DNA of 64,000 nucleotides from Octopus sinensis (lineage: Eukaryota), in NCBI RefSeq assembly GCF_006345805.1, contig NC_043000.1, positions 26,040,001-26,104,000 of the forward strand, in the 5' to 3' direction. The position numbers were made by a program, and so were the translations under genes. The notes below the pieces were generated by a model. The model saw only the letters and a program-made list of their open reading frames with translations. It was not told where the DNA came from and made no database searches. Below are positions 13,251 through 27,094 of the stretch, in pieces. The stretch's first letter is position 1, and every line of letters starts with the position of its first letter.

Positions 13251-14129
13251 TGCCAAAACTGCCCTTGCCTGTGTAGGTGCCACATAAAAACACTCAGTCC
13301 ACTCTGTGGGGTGGTCAGTGTTAGGAATGGCATCCAGCCATAAAAACCATGCCAAAACACACACTGAAGCTTGGTGCTGTCTTCTGCCTAGACAGCTCCT
13401 GTCAAACCGTCCAATCCATGCCAGCATGAAAAGTGGATGTTAAATGATGATGATTATGATATATACAATCACACTCAGGTGTATTTATAATTTCACAATG
13501 TCTTTATTCTTTTGTGATTATTTGTATTATCATTTTGCATTAGATGTCTTCTTAAATTCATTCGTATTTCCCATGAGTAAAATATCTGTGATAAACCGAA
13601 GTATTATTCCGAGATGGAAATTAAATTTTTCTTGATTTAGAATATTAATGAATTCCTTAATCGCTGTACATCTCATTACGGAGATAAATAAAGAAAATAG
13701 GTCAGACATCTCTTGAAATATGGAAATCTACATGAAAATGGAGCAGGTTTTGTACTCTAAAATATTCATTGTATTGCTAATTCACTCAGCTGTGAAATAT
13801 GGGAGGTAATCATTTTTAGTTAGGTTAACTCTACCAGTTAGAATACTTGGCTTTAGAATATTAGGACCCATGGCAATGTCCATTGGTTAGTTTTGAACTA
13901 ATAAACCTTAGGTTAGTAATCCGTCAATTTAATTCTTTTCATACTAATTCACAGAACATTCTTGTTTAACCCTTTTGTTACTGTATTTCTTTTGAGATGC
14001 TCTGTTTCTTTCAATTAATTTTAAATATAACAAAGAATTTAGTAAAATAACTTAGTTATCATTAAGCTAGTATTAGGAACATAAATTGTGACTAAGGTTT
14101 GGTGGAAGATTTTAATTCAGAACTTATGG

Positions 14130-14570
14130 AAACAAGACATTTGTACTACAGAGCCAGATGTGGTTTCAGCTGGGTTCAAGAGTAATACAACACTTCGCAA
14201 ATATCTCCTTCGAATAAAACCACCAATAGAAGAGAATATGACTAAGAACTGCATGTACTCCATCCCATGCAGCTGTGGTAGGTTATACAAAGGCGAAACA
14301 TGCCACCCCCTCAAAATAAGGGTAGAGGAACATCACGAAGCTGTGACACAGGGAGATATTGATAGATAGGGTATAGCTGATCATGTATGGAAAAATGGAG
14401 ACCACCTCCCCTTGTGGGATGAAGTTAAAATAATAGACAGAGAACACCACTGGAAAATATGAAAACTAAAAGAAGCAGCACATATGCTAGGACACAATAA
14501 CCTCCTAAGCAGACCAAGTGCAGATATGAGCAGCATATGGGAACCAGTATTAAGGAAGGATAGGAGAATA
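14130..14570 (+). mobile_element. Penelope-like element, GIY-YIG endonuclease remnant
   Basis: FKSNTTLRKYL...NCMYSIPCSCGRLYKGETCHPLKIRVEEH...IADHVWKNGDH..WDEVKIIDREHHWK..KLKEA is a typical Penelope GIY-YIG C-terminus, with in-frame stops. Confidence 0.9.
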
Positions 14571-14611
14571 TTAGATTTATAAGCCCTAAAATTCACTCCA
14601 TAATTGCCCAC

Positions 14612-14890
14612 GGGCATATGGCGTAATGGTTAAGAGCACGAGCTACTAACACCAAGATTCTGAGTTCAATTCTGGGCAGTGACCTGAATAATAATAATAA
14701 TAGTAATAGTAACAGCAACAACAAAATCAACATCGAAAACTACCTTAGGAATGAGAACCAATGTTCAAAATTTCCCCAAGGCACCTAATGAAGGCTGGAG
14801 GGTATATCAGCCGAAACGTATTAACAACAAGCAAGATGGGGACAAATGTAAATAATGTAAATAATTCCTCATCTCTTAAATACAGAACTG
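14612..14890 (+). mobile_element. Composite repeat: tRNA-like head + (AAT)n + hammerhead-like motif
   Basis: gggcatatggcgtaatggttaagagc (A box)...gagttcaattc (B box), then AAT repeats, then gcac-CTAATGA-a-GGCTG-gagggtatat-CAGCC-GAAA-cgt at 14781-14819. Confidence 0.7.
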
Positions 14891-15528
14891 TACAATTCTC
14901 TTACTTGTTTCAGTCATTTGACTGCAGCCATGCTGGAGCATCACCTTCAGTCAAACAAATTGACCCCAGGACTTATTCTTTGTAAGCCTAGTACTTTTTC
15001 TATCGGTCTCTCTTGCTGAACCACTAAGTGATGGGGGATGTAAACACACCAACATCAGTTTTCAAACGATGGTGGGGGTGACAGACACAAATAAACATAT
15101 ATATATATATATAATTATTTTTCTTAATGAGATAAAATACCAAGGCTGTGTAGATTTTAGAACATTTAAGATAGAAGATCTTACAGCTGTTTCCAGGATA
15201 TTTTTTATATCTCTCCATCAGAAGCAGTGTGAGAAAATGGTTAAGGAATAGTTAATTTAGATAAGATATAAAATAGAGAATGAAGTGGAGGAAATAGAAG
15301 AAAATAGATGTGAGATATGTAGGGATATTGTATTTGTAGATCAATTTTTTTTAGGCAGAATGGTATATATATAAGATTCCAATACCTTATGAGTAAAATC
15401 CGACCAACGTTGAACCCTATTCACATAATCACCGAACCTGGAACTTAACTATGGTCTATCCATAGCACTTATTCAGCATTACCTGACACCTTTAGGTCTC
15501 AATGACACCATTACCTCTCATAACCTCC

Positions 15529-15586
<58 letters not shown>

Positions 15587-16239
15587 AGCTTCTTCCAGTT
15601 TCCATCTACCAAATCCCCTCACAAGACTTTGGTTGGCCCGAGGCTATAGTAGAAGACACTTGCCCAAGGTGCTACACAGTGGGACTGAACCTGGAACCAT
15701 GTGGTTGGGAAGCAAGCTTCTTACCATACAACCATGCTTGTGCTTTGTTTTTAAGTTAATCCTGCATTATCTCATAGCTTTGAGATTTTGATGATGTGAT
15801 TACTTAGTTTTGGAATGACATTGTAGGGTAGGTGTGAGAGGCTGGATCTGATCAGTTTGAATGTAAAACAGGTAGAAAATCTTGGCATGATATGGCTGGT
15901 ATAAATGCTTAAGTGGTACTCTGTTGGCTGTGACCATGAGGGTTCCAGTAGATCCAATCAATGGAACAATCTGTTTGTGGAATTAACATGCGAATGGCTG
16001 AGCGCTCCACAGACACATGTACCCTTAGTGTAGTTCTTAGGGAGATTCTGTTTAACACAGAATGTGACAAGGCTGGCCTTTTGAAAGGCCTTTGAAATAC
16101 AGGTATCCCTCATTTTTGCCAGCTGAGTGACCCAGGGCAATGTGAAATGAAATCTCCTGCTGAATCGAACTCACAACCTCATGACCTAATGCTGAATACC
16201 CAGATCACTAAGCCACGTGCCTTTACATGCTAAAGGGTT

Positions 16240-16880
16240 AAATATTCTTTTCTGTTCTAGGCACAAGGCCTGAAATTTTTGGGGAAGGGTCCAGTTGATG
16301 AGATCAACCCCAGTACACAACTGGTTCTTAATTTATTGACCCTGAAAGGATGAACAGGCAAAGTCGACCTCAGCGGATTTTGAACTCAGAACGTAACGGC
16401 AGACGAAATACTGCTATGCATTTCGCCTGGTATGCTAACATTTCTGCCAACTTGCCGCCTTATGAACCTAAAATATTCTTTTCTACTCTAGGCACAAAGC
16501 CCAAAATTTTTGGGGCGGTGTCCAGTCAATTAGATTGGCCCTTAATTTATTGACCCTGAGAGGATGAACAGACTAAGTCAACCTCAGCAGAATTTGAACT
16601 CAGAATGTGGCGACGGGCGAAATACAGCTAAGCATTTCACCCAGTGTGCTAAAGTTTCTTATTTCTTTATTGCCCACAAGGATTTAAACATAGAGGGGAC
16701 AAACAAAGAGATTAAGTCGACTACATCGACCCCAGTGCGTAACTGGTACTTAATTTATCGACCCCGAAAGGATGAAAGGCAAAGTCGACCTCGGCAGAAT
16801 TTGAACTCAGAATGTAACGGCAGATGAAATACCGCTAAGCATTTTGCCCGGCGTGCTAACGATTTTGCCAGCTTGCCGCC
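16240..16880 (-). mobile_element. Tandem SINE family A units
   Basis: Three to four consecutive reverse-oriented units (ggatgaaaggcaaagtcgacctcggcagaatttgaactcagaa...). Confidence 0.85.
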
Positions 16881-17402
16881 TTTAAAGGGTTAAATATGTG
16901 TGTACTTTTTACAAATAGGTCAATTTCTCTGTATGGTTTATAAATCTCATGGGCTTCCCCTTGTTATGAGAGATACAGAACTGGACTATACCCCCACTGA
17001 TACACTAGACACACACATAATTATCAGATATACAAAGACAATTGCTGTGAATAATTCATGCTATCTTCTTATTCATGCTCTCTTACTTCCTCACTTTCTC
17101 TCTCTTTTCCTGTCTGTCTGTTTGTCTGATTTTTCCTTCTCTTTTTAATTACAAAGTTATGAAACACACGGCTCTTACTTCACACACATCTATTTACAAA
17201 CATAGCAATGAATGGTGATGATATGACTTACTTCAAAAGGTTTCATACAGATAAAATGCAAATGACCGGTGTTAAATTAATTTGATTTAATAATTAGCAA
17301 ATAAATGCTAACAATATATTTCCTATAAATGGTTTGTTTTATTCTGTAACTGGTAATTAACACCCCCACCTCTCCCCCTCTCTCTCTCTCTCTCTTTATC
17401 TA

Positions 17403-17433
<31 letters not shown>

Positions 17434-17978
17434 TCTCTCCATTTATGTGTTTGTTTTGTAAGATTCTTGATGTGAAACCGTGTATTGAAACAAATATTGT
17501 TATATTTCAGAATTCTTTTATTCTTTTATTCTTTTACTTGTTTTAGTTATTTGTCTGCAGCCATGCTAGAGCACTGCCTTTATTTGAGCAAGTCGACCCC
17601 AGAGCTTATTTTTGTAAGCCCAGTACTTATTCTATCAGTCTATTTTGCCGAACCGCTAAGTTATGGGGACGTAAACACATCAGCATCGGTTGCCAAGTGA
17701 TGTTGGGGGGAACAAACACAGACACACACACATACATATACGATGGGTTTCTTCCAGTTTCCGTCTACCAAATCCACTCACAAGGCTTTGGTCGGCCCGA
17801 AGCTATAGTAGAAGACAGTTACCCAAGGTGCCACACAGTGGGACTGAACCCATGACCATGTGGTTGGTAAGCAAGCTACTTACCACACAGCCACTCCTGC
17901 GGCTCATTGGTCATTTTTTTTTTCTTGCCAAATAAACACATGCACTAAATATTCATTCTTCACTCGTTCATTACTATC

Positions 17979-18228
17979 CTTATTTTATTGTATGTTCATT
18001 GTCTGGAAATCTTCCATTGCACACCTGTGACCCCTTCAGTGACCTTTTCCATCCACATGTATTCTTCTGATCTGCCTTGTCCATCCACTCGTATCCTCCT
18101 GCTTTGCCTAGTCCATTGAGAATAGACTAGGTTGAACATGAGGATACATGTGGATAGAAATGATCGCTGAAGAGGTCACGGATGTGTGATGGGAAATTCC
18201 CAGACAATGGACATAAGATAAAATAAGA
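17979..18228. repeat. Imperfect inverted repeat (about 90-bp arms)
   Basis: cttattttattgtatgttcattgtctggaaatcttccattgcacacctgtgaccccttcagtga...catccacatgtattc versus gatacatgtggatag...gctgaagaggtcacggatgtgtgatgggaaattcccagacaatggacataagataaaataag. Confidence 0.7.
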
Positions 18229-19952
18229 ACAATAATAAACAAATGAAGAAAGTCGACCTCGGTTGAATTTGAACTCAGAACGTAACGGCAGACGAAATAC
18301 CTATTTCTTTACTACCCACAAGGGGCTAAACATAGAGGAGACAAACAAGGACAGACAAATGGATTAAGTCGATTATATTGACCCCAGTGCGTAACTGGTA
18401 CTTAATTTATCGACCCTGAAAGGATGAAAGGCAAAGTCGACCTCCGCGTAATTTGAACTCAGAACGTAAAGACAGACGAAATACCGCTAAGCATTTCGCC
18501 TGGTATGCTAATGATTCTGCCAGCTCTGCCTCAACAAATTCTGTCTGACACATGCCTGCATGGAAAGTGAATGTTAAAATGATGATGGTGATATAAATGA
18601 ATAGAATTCTTTCAGAAAAGAATGTGATCTTGGTGTACTAATTAATTAGTTACTTAGCAGCATACTAATTTAATTAGTGCCATTATATTTGTTTGCTGTA
18701 AAACATGAATTGATTCTGTTGAACAAAGAGGAATATTGTTTCTTAACGTTTGATAAATTATCATATATTATAATATATTATAATATATTTAACTTGTTTT
18801 AGTGATTAGATAGTGGCCATGTTGGGGCACTGCCTTCAGGAATTTTAGCGAAATGAGTCAGCCTCAGTTCATATGGTTTTTAAAGCCTGTTACATATTCT
18901 ATCGGTCTCTTTTGCCAAACTGCTAAGTTACAACAATGTAAACACACCAACACCAGCTGTCAAGTGTTGGTGGGGACAAACACACAGACTGACATACAAA
19001 CACACAGACAGACAGACACACACACACAGACACACAAACACACACACAGACAGACACACATACACACAATCACACACACAGACACAGACGCACACACACA
19101 CACACCTACATACATACACATAGGCCATGACAAATGGCTGAGACTTTTGGTATTATGTTGTGCTTGAACAGAAAACTCGTGAAGTCAAGTGAAATTGTAG
19201 TTGTGGCACCTGTGCCGGTGGCATGTAAAAACACCCAATACACTCTTGGAGTGGTTGGTGTCAGGAAGGGCATCCAGCCATAGAAAACCTTGCCAAATCA
19301 AACTGGAGCATGGTGCAGTCTTCCAGCTTACCAGCCCTGGTCAAACCATCCAACCCATGACAGTATGGACAACGGACGTTAAATGACGACAACAATGATG
19401 ATAATGATATGGTGGGCTTCTTTCAGTTTCCATCTATCATATCCATTCACAAGAAAAAAACCGAAATGGGGTGCAGACCATGTCCATGTCTTTTACCTCC
19501 GCCCTTCTCAACACCCCCTTATATAAAAATAAAAAGAATCAGTGTTGATTTATTCAATTAAAACATTTCAGGGCATTGCACCAACATGGCCACAGGCCAA
19601 TGATTGAAGCAAATAAGAGAAGATAGCAGAAGGAAAATCCTGCTTCCATTGCTATGATATCAGCTGTTTAAGTTACATAAAGCAATCCTCTAACATAATA
19701 TCCTTCTTTATCTCTTTGTTATTTAAACCAAATCTTATTATAGTCTTCATTGTCTGAACGAGCTTCTTGCTTTAGGATTACGTACAAGAAATGACTCAAT
19801 GTTAATGTATCTATATTATATTTTAATCTGATTATTTCTTTGGAAATGGATATGACCTGATCTGCTTAAGATTGGATTGTATGTAGGGAAATATGTAATC
19901 TAAGTATATTTAAGAATGAATGAGAATGCTTGGGTGTGTCTGGACCACATAC

Positions 19953-20048
19953 TTCTGTTTGAGTGGCTGGAAAAGGCTGATTGTCTGCTGGAAAAGATTG
20001 ATATCAAACTCTTGTTTTGAATTCTTTGAGATATTTTCAGTGGAATTG
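19953..20048 (-). other. Candidate 96-nt symmetric exon of an unidentified minus-strand transcript
   Basis: Acceptor ttttgtctttggcaaatctgttttcctgtacag and donor gtatgt; open frame NSTENISKNSKQEFDINLFQQTISLFQPLKQ. Confidence 0.4.
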
Positions 20049-20507
20049 CTGTACAGGAAAACAGATTTGCCAAAGACAAAAAAAAAAAGAAAATAAAATC
20101 ACAAAAAAAAAAAAATAAATAAATAATACTCTTTTATCTTTCTCCTGTTTTTCTTCATCTTTGAAATAAATATGCAAATTTATGTGCACACATGCACTCT
20201 CACACACACACACGCATTCTTCCCATACAAATATTCTTTTCTACCCTTGGCACAAGGTCCAAAACTTTTTGGGGGAAGGGGCCAATCATTAAATCGACTC
20301 CATTATGCAAACTGGTACTTAATATATTGACGGAATTTGAACCCAGAACGTAAAGACACATGAAATACTGCTAAGCATTTCGCCCGGTGTGCTAACGTTT
20401 CTTATTTCTTTACTGCTCACAAGGGGCTACACACTGAGGGGACAAACAAGGACAGACAAATGGATTAAGTCGATTATATCAAGCCCTGTGCATAACTGGT
20501 AATTATT

Positions 20508-22256
20508 GGATCTTTTCTAAAAGAAGGACAGATTTTTCTAGTTAAGTAAACAATTTGAAACTTCGTATACTGGTAGAATGTGTCAAAAGAAAACATAATT
20601 GTAAACTAAATTGAAAACGGAATTGTAATTTCTAAGAACGTAGTTTAATAATTCGAATTTTAACCAATGGTATTCTTTGTTTTGACCTCATATCATTTAC
20701 TGCCTGTCAATATATTGTTACTGTGACGTAAACAGCTATTTTGTGACGTACTTAACGTAAACATGTAAACAGCTAAAACGTAAACATCCGCTTATCGTAA
20801 ACAGCTAAATTCGCTTGGCATCGTACACAGCTTTTTCAGTTCCCTAGAACTATATTTGAAACAAAATAAAAATAAAAAGATTCATACGCATAAATATCCA
20901 TCCTTAGACATCAGAAAGATTAGAAATGCAACAAAAATTTAAAATACCGGATCTTTACCTTTTGACCTACAGATTTAAAAAATAATTTTTTCTAACTAAA
21001 CACTTTCAAACTTCGTGGAGTATATATAAAATTTGTGTAGATCCTAAATAGCTACACACACATGTATACAAACATATGCATATATATATATACACCTATA
21101 CACACATATTCTAATGCATATGCATATATGTGTATATATTTATAATGTGTGTGTATTATAGATGCATACATTATATATATATAAAAGATGTTTACATACA
21201 ATATATATATATGTTATATACATCTACATATATATGTATGAATATATAAGTACCACAGAATTTGAATCAAACTGTTTTGATCCATACACACACACACACA
21301 CACATACATACATACATACATACATACATACATACATACATACATACATACATACACACATACTAAAATTACATCGTTGGAGCAGTAATTTATTTATGTA
21401 TTTTTTGTTATACAATTTATTTTTAAGCTGAATCCCTATCCTGCCATTAACCCCTTTCTTATAAAATAGTTGAAGAATCTGGGGTGTAGGAATTGGGTCA
21501 GTATTGGAACTTTTAACTTCTTGCTCTCTATCTTATGATCTCCGAAATTTAAGAATCTTGTGTTAACTGGGCTCTTATTATTTACTCTGACTCTGCCACC
21601 ACCTCAATGCAAAGACTATCAATATCAGAATCATCTTCACAACCACCACTACAACCATTACTACAACCTCCAATGCCACCACCACAACCATCTTCTGCAA
21701 CCACAACCCCAAGACCAATACCAGCATCATATTCAAAATCACCAATTTCACCACCACTACACTCTGCAATATCTTCAACACTACCATCCATGAGACATCC
21801 TAACATAATCAATGCCACTACTACTATCATTATCATCATCATCTACTGCCGCCACCACCACCACACCACCACCACCACCACCACCACCACCTCTACAAAA
21901 ACACCAACACTATAATTGCTGCCATCATACACATCCACTGTCACCACTACACCACCACTGCCATGATAACCACATCTACCACAGCTGTTTGCTTACTTCT
22001 TACCCACGCTCTTTAAAATTTTCACAAAATAGCTGTCTACGTTACAGTAACACTATGCAGATAATGATTTCAGATCAAAACAGACAATACGATTGGTTAA
22101 AATTCGCAGATTTAAACTACGTTTAAGCTTATAAAATACATTTTTCTAAAAAAAACTAGTTGAAATTAATGTTTTCTTTGACACATTCTACCAGTATACG
22201 AAGTTTCAAATTATTTAGTTAACTAGAAAAATCTGTCCTTCTTTTAGAAAAGATCC
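20508..22256. mobile_element. Non-autonomous DNA transposon with about 240-bp terminal inverted repeats
   Basis: Starts GGATCTTTTCTAAAAGAAGGACAGATTTTTCTAG and ends CTAGAAAAATCTGTCCTTCTTTTAGAAAAGATCC. ATT on both flanks is a possible 3-bp TSD. No transposase inside. Confidence 0.8.
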
Positions 22257-23202
22257 ATTTTAAGAGTTTTAAGTTTTAAGAGTTAGTTTTAAGAGTTAGA
22301 AAGCAAACTCCGTAGTACTTTGATGAAATATGCAACTAGTACACTTGGTAAAGTGTTCGGTGTTAGGAAGGTCGTCCATCTGTAGAGACCTTTGAGGTGT
22401 TTGAGGAAGACGTGGTCCTCTGATCCATCCGGAAGAGCTGTAACTTCAATAAGAACGAACTCGAATCCTGTTAAACCATTCAATTTATGCCAACCAGGAA
22501 AGCCGATGTAAAATGATGATGACGATGATGGTGGTGGTTGTGGTGGCAGTGATGGTGATGGTGGTGATACTGTTGAAAAATTGTATGGAAGCTTGTCAGA
22601 CAGACCGTTCCAGTTTTTTAAATCGCAAACTCGATCAGTCTCCCTGTTTAACGCCACCACCTGACTCCTGGCTGTGACGGAATCTATCCTGTTGCTGGCA
22701 TTTCCTCCCTGGTTACTGACTTGCGTATAACTTCCTATCTTACAACTTTCTGTCTCGGATACTGTTCCTTCTTTCTCTCACTAAAGCCGTTAGAAAATAT
22801 AAGTATTAGTTTCGTGTTTATTAAAACGAATGTAATTTACAAATTTATGCAAGGGAAATAAATAAATTTATTGGTTAAGTAGTTGTCTCCCTTGGTAAGG
22901 GAAACTCCATTAAAAGAAGAGGTCGCTGAGATACTTATCGTTGGTAATAAATAACACATGGGACAACAGAAAACCTCTACACAGTCACTTGACTTGCTAG
23001 AAATAACAATCAATTGCCCTTCAAATCATACAATGCTGTCTTAAGGAGGAAAAAAAGAAGAAATTGATAACGTATCGTTGGTTACAGCTGAAGTCACCTT
23101 TGACCACAGGTCCAGTCGAACCGGGCTGCGAAACTTTTTTTTCCCACGAGAGTTCCGGACCCTAGTAATGAATTAATTTGTATACAGTCAATCAGAGCTC
23201 AC

Positions 23203-23297
23203 CTTGACCTTGTTGTCAAGTTAACAAACACACTCTACCAAGTAAACGCAAGACGAAGAACGGTGTTGTAAGTCGACCGATCGCCGCCAATTTGTGC
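23203..23297 (-). other. Candidate non-coding (5'UTR-like) exon
   Basis: - strand reads aatcag|GCACAAATTGGCGGCGATCGG...GGTCAAG|gtgagc; no ATG; a CCAAT box and octamer lie nearby at about 23596-23617. Confidence 0.3.
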
Positions 23298-23672
23298 CTG
23301 ATTTTAGAAGTTATTAGGTAGATTTGTATCTATACATATTATCGGATTTTTGTTAGGGCCCCATATGGTAAAGATGTGGATGGGGAAAATGTGGTGATGT
23401 GCTAGCAACCCTCTCCCCTTACTGTTTTACAAAGTAAACAACAACACAAATAACTACGCAGAGGCAGCCATGATTGAAACAGGAATAAGAACAACACGCA
23501 TTATTAAAGGAGAAAAGAAGCATTGTCATTCCTTACCCAACCTTATCTTATCGCCCATCACTTGTCATGGGCTCATAAGTTAGTTTGATAGATGAGCACT
23601 GATTGGCTGTATGCAAATGAGTTCATACCTGGGGTCAGGAACTTTTCAGTACCTCCCTGAGGTGTGTGTGTG

Positions 23673-23721
<49 letters not shown>

Positions 23722-24649
23722 CTTCCTCTCTCTCGCTGCTCACTCGTGACCACTGTCCATTTTCTTTTCCTCATGTTATAATCTTTCTTTTCCTGCACGA
23801 TGTTCTAAGGACTGGACGTCTTCAATCTCTCCCTTCTATCTCTTCTCTTTTCAAAGAAAGTATTTCTCTCACCGTTCACTATTTTCCTCTCGTTCTGGTC
23901 TAACGATCCTCCATGTTTGTTTTCGTTCTGTTTCCTTGTGTGTCTCCACTCTCCTGTTTTGTTCCCAAGTTTGACCCTCCATAAATCCTAAATTCTATTT
24001 TGAAATTTATGGGAGCAACTGTCGTTGAATGCTTGAAATAAGGAGTAGATAGAGAGCTGACAACTAATGAAGGGTCGTTCTTTGTGTTACTTGTCCTGTT
24101 TTCCATATATTTCTGTCGTTATTTGCGTATTTAACTCGTTTGTTTTCGTACTTCACGTTGCTTACAGAGTTGGTGAAGTCCTGTACCTATATATGCATAT
24201 ATATATATATATATATACGTGTCGTTATTCTACCAAATATATACACGTGTCGTTATTCTACCAAATATATACGTTTTCTTTATCATTTTGCACATTACTT
24301 AATTATCGTTATATGCTTTATCTTATATTTAATCTTTCTTTAATATGTAATTTCTCTAAATGCTATAATTTAATTTTCAATTATTGAATTGATAAAAGGT
24401 GTTTTTTTCTAATATATACTCTTTACTCTTTTACTCTTTTACTTGTTTCAGTCATTTGACTGCGGCCATGCTGGAGCACCGCCTTTAATCAAGCAACTCG
24501 ACCCGGGACTTATTTTTTTGTAAGCCCAGTACTTATTCTATCGGTCTCTTTTGCCGAACCGCTAAGTTGCGGGGACCTAAACACACCAGCATCGGTTGTC
24601 AAGCAATGCTAGGGGGAGAAACACAGACACACAAACACACACACACACA

Positions 24650-24689
<40 letters not shown>

Positions 24690-24877
24690 TACGACGGGCT
24701 TCTTTCAGTTTCCGTCTACCAAATCCACTCACAAGGCTTTGGTCGGCCCGAGGCTATAGTAGAAGACACTTGCCCAAGGTGCCACGCAGTGGGACTGAAC
24801 CCGGAACCATGTGGTTGCTAAACAAGCTACTTACCACAGCCACTCCTGCGCCTATATATATATATATATATATAAAA

Positions 24878-24925
<48 letters not shown>

Positions 24926-24934
24926 CACACACGT

Positions 24935-25115
24935 AAAAAGCACCCACTACACTCGCGGAGTGGTTGGCGTTAGGAAGGGCATCCAGCCGTAGAAACTCTG
25001 CCAGATCAGACTGGAGCCTGGAGCAGCCCCTGGCTTCCCAGACCCCGGTCGAACCGTCCAACCCGTGCTAGCGCGGAAAACGGACGTTAAACGATGATGA
25101 TGATGATGATGATGA
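24935..25115 (+). mobile_element. Short interspersed repeat with (GAT)n tail
   Basis: aaaaagcacccactacactc...ggttggcgttaggaagggcatccagcc...ggacgttaaacgatgatgatg; related copies at about 13280 and 19215. Confidence 0.7.
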
Positions 25116-25785
25116 TGACACACACATACAGTAAGATATAACGATAGATTAATATTATGATATATTAAATACATTATAATATAGGTGGCTAAAGCAATTA
25201 AAAAAAAACAACAAAAAGGTAGAATACTTAATTAAGGGTGCAAAATAGCACCTTCAATTGCTAGAAACAAGAGCTAAAAAAGTGTAACTCGGATAGCCAC
25301 ACAGAATCACCAACGTCACGAGATGTTCAAAGAAACTGCGAGTGGCAAGCCACAACATCTTTCTTTTAGCGAATTTTATCTCGCTGAATGAAGTAATTTA
25401 TAACAGAAAGAAAGAATGAAAGAGCAAACAATTGATATCAATTTAGAAGATGGAATTTATAATTTAAATATAATTGTAGAGTTTTTGGAGTAGAGTATAT
25501 CATATTCTTTTATCTATGTGATGTATTTTACTCGAATTGTAACAACTCTATTACTAATGCTTAAGTTATAAATTCCACGCTCTTGGTTGATACCACATGT
25601 TAAATCTGTTTGTTGCTTACACACCCGTCTTCGTCTTTTGTTTTTTTTTTTGTAAAATTTCACTACACACGCGCGCGCACACACACAAACAGAGGTAGAT
25701 AGATAGATAGATAAAACTTACTTGGAAATAGATGTGTGGCGTTCGATCATATAATAATATAATATATATAATATAATATAATATA

Positions 25786-25825
<40 letters not shown>

Positions 25826-25962
25826 TATATACATACATAAATGTACATACTTACATATATATGTATATGTACATATATATATCTATTTCATGTTCCGGTT
25901 TTTCATGTTGTTTACATTTTTTGACGTTCTGTACCCATATATGCATGTGTATATACACGTAT

Positions 25963-26011
<49 letters not shown>

Positions 26012-26838
26012 TGTATATTATATATATATATATAATATATATATATATAATATAATATATATAATATATATATACATACATACATAAGTTCAGCAAAAAT
26101 TTAGATTCAAATGAATATGGTACTTAAGTTAGATGCACCAGAATTTTGTATGGTGTTATCCATATAAATCCATGGGGTGCATATAATCAAAATAAGCAAC
26201 AAGAATAACTTCGGTAATTTGGTACGATCGTTTCGCACTACATCGTTTTATTAATAAAACTGTTGTAATACTTACAACATTTAATAAAAGTTATTCTTGT
26301 TGCTTATTTTGATTATATACATACATATTTATGTATATACACAAGATCTCATGGAAATCTTGAAAATATTCCATAGAAAGTATTTCCGTGAAACTGGTTA
26401 TCAAATATAGATTATAAATGTGTCTGTATGATATTATCGTGTTTAAAGAGTGAGCTTTTACATGTTTTATTATGTTACAGATATGGATTCCTGCATCATA
26501 TGTCAAGGGAAGTAACTTTGTAATATTGAGGTGATATATATTCTACGTAGTTAACTCCCTTGAGCAAAAATTACGAAAACAAAAAGAAAACTGAATTACT
26601 CTTTTAGCGATTTCGAATATCCAAAAGTGGCCATAGTGAGGAACAACTTTCAAACAGCTTAACTTAATTTAATCGACCCTCGTATTTAGTCTAACATTTA
26701 TTCTATTGCCCTCTCCAAGAAAAACACTCAAGTTGCATCCTTTTAAGGCGCTATCTTCTACTGACGGGGCTACAAAACCTACGACAATTACAGTCTTAAA
26801 TCGTGTGTACACAGACAGACACACACACGAACACACAT

Positions 26839-26904
<66 letters not shown>

Positions 26905-26950
26905 TTATTTATATTTATACATTCATACATATATGTATATACATATACAC

Positions 26951-26981
<31 letters not shown>

Positions 26982-27094
26982 TGTATGTATGTATGTATGT
27001 ATGTATGTTTGTAAGTATGTATGTATGCATGCATGCATGTATGTATGTATGTATGTATGTATCTATGCATGCATGTATGCATGTATGTATGTAT

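Noticed and set aside
21560-22126. Overlapping His/Pro/Thr/Val-rich ORFs
   Set aside because: CAC/CAT trinucleotide-rich tract inside a non-autonomous transposon; no splice signals or domain.
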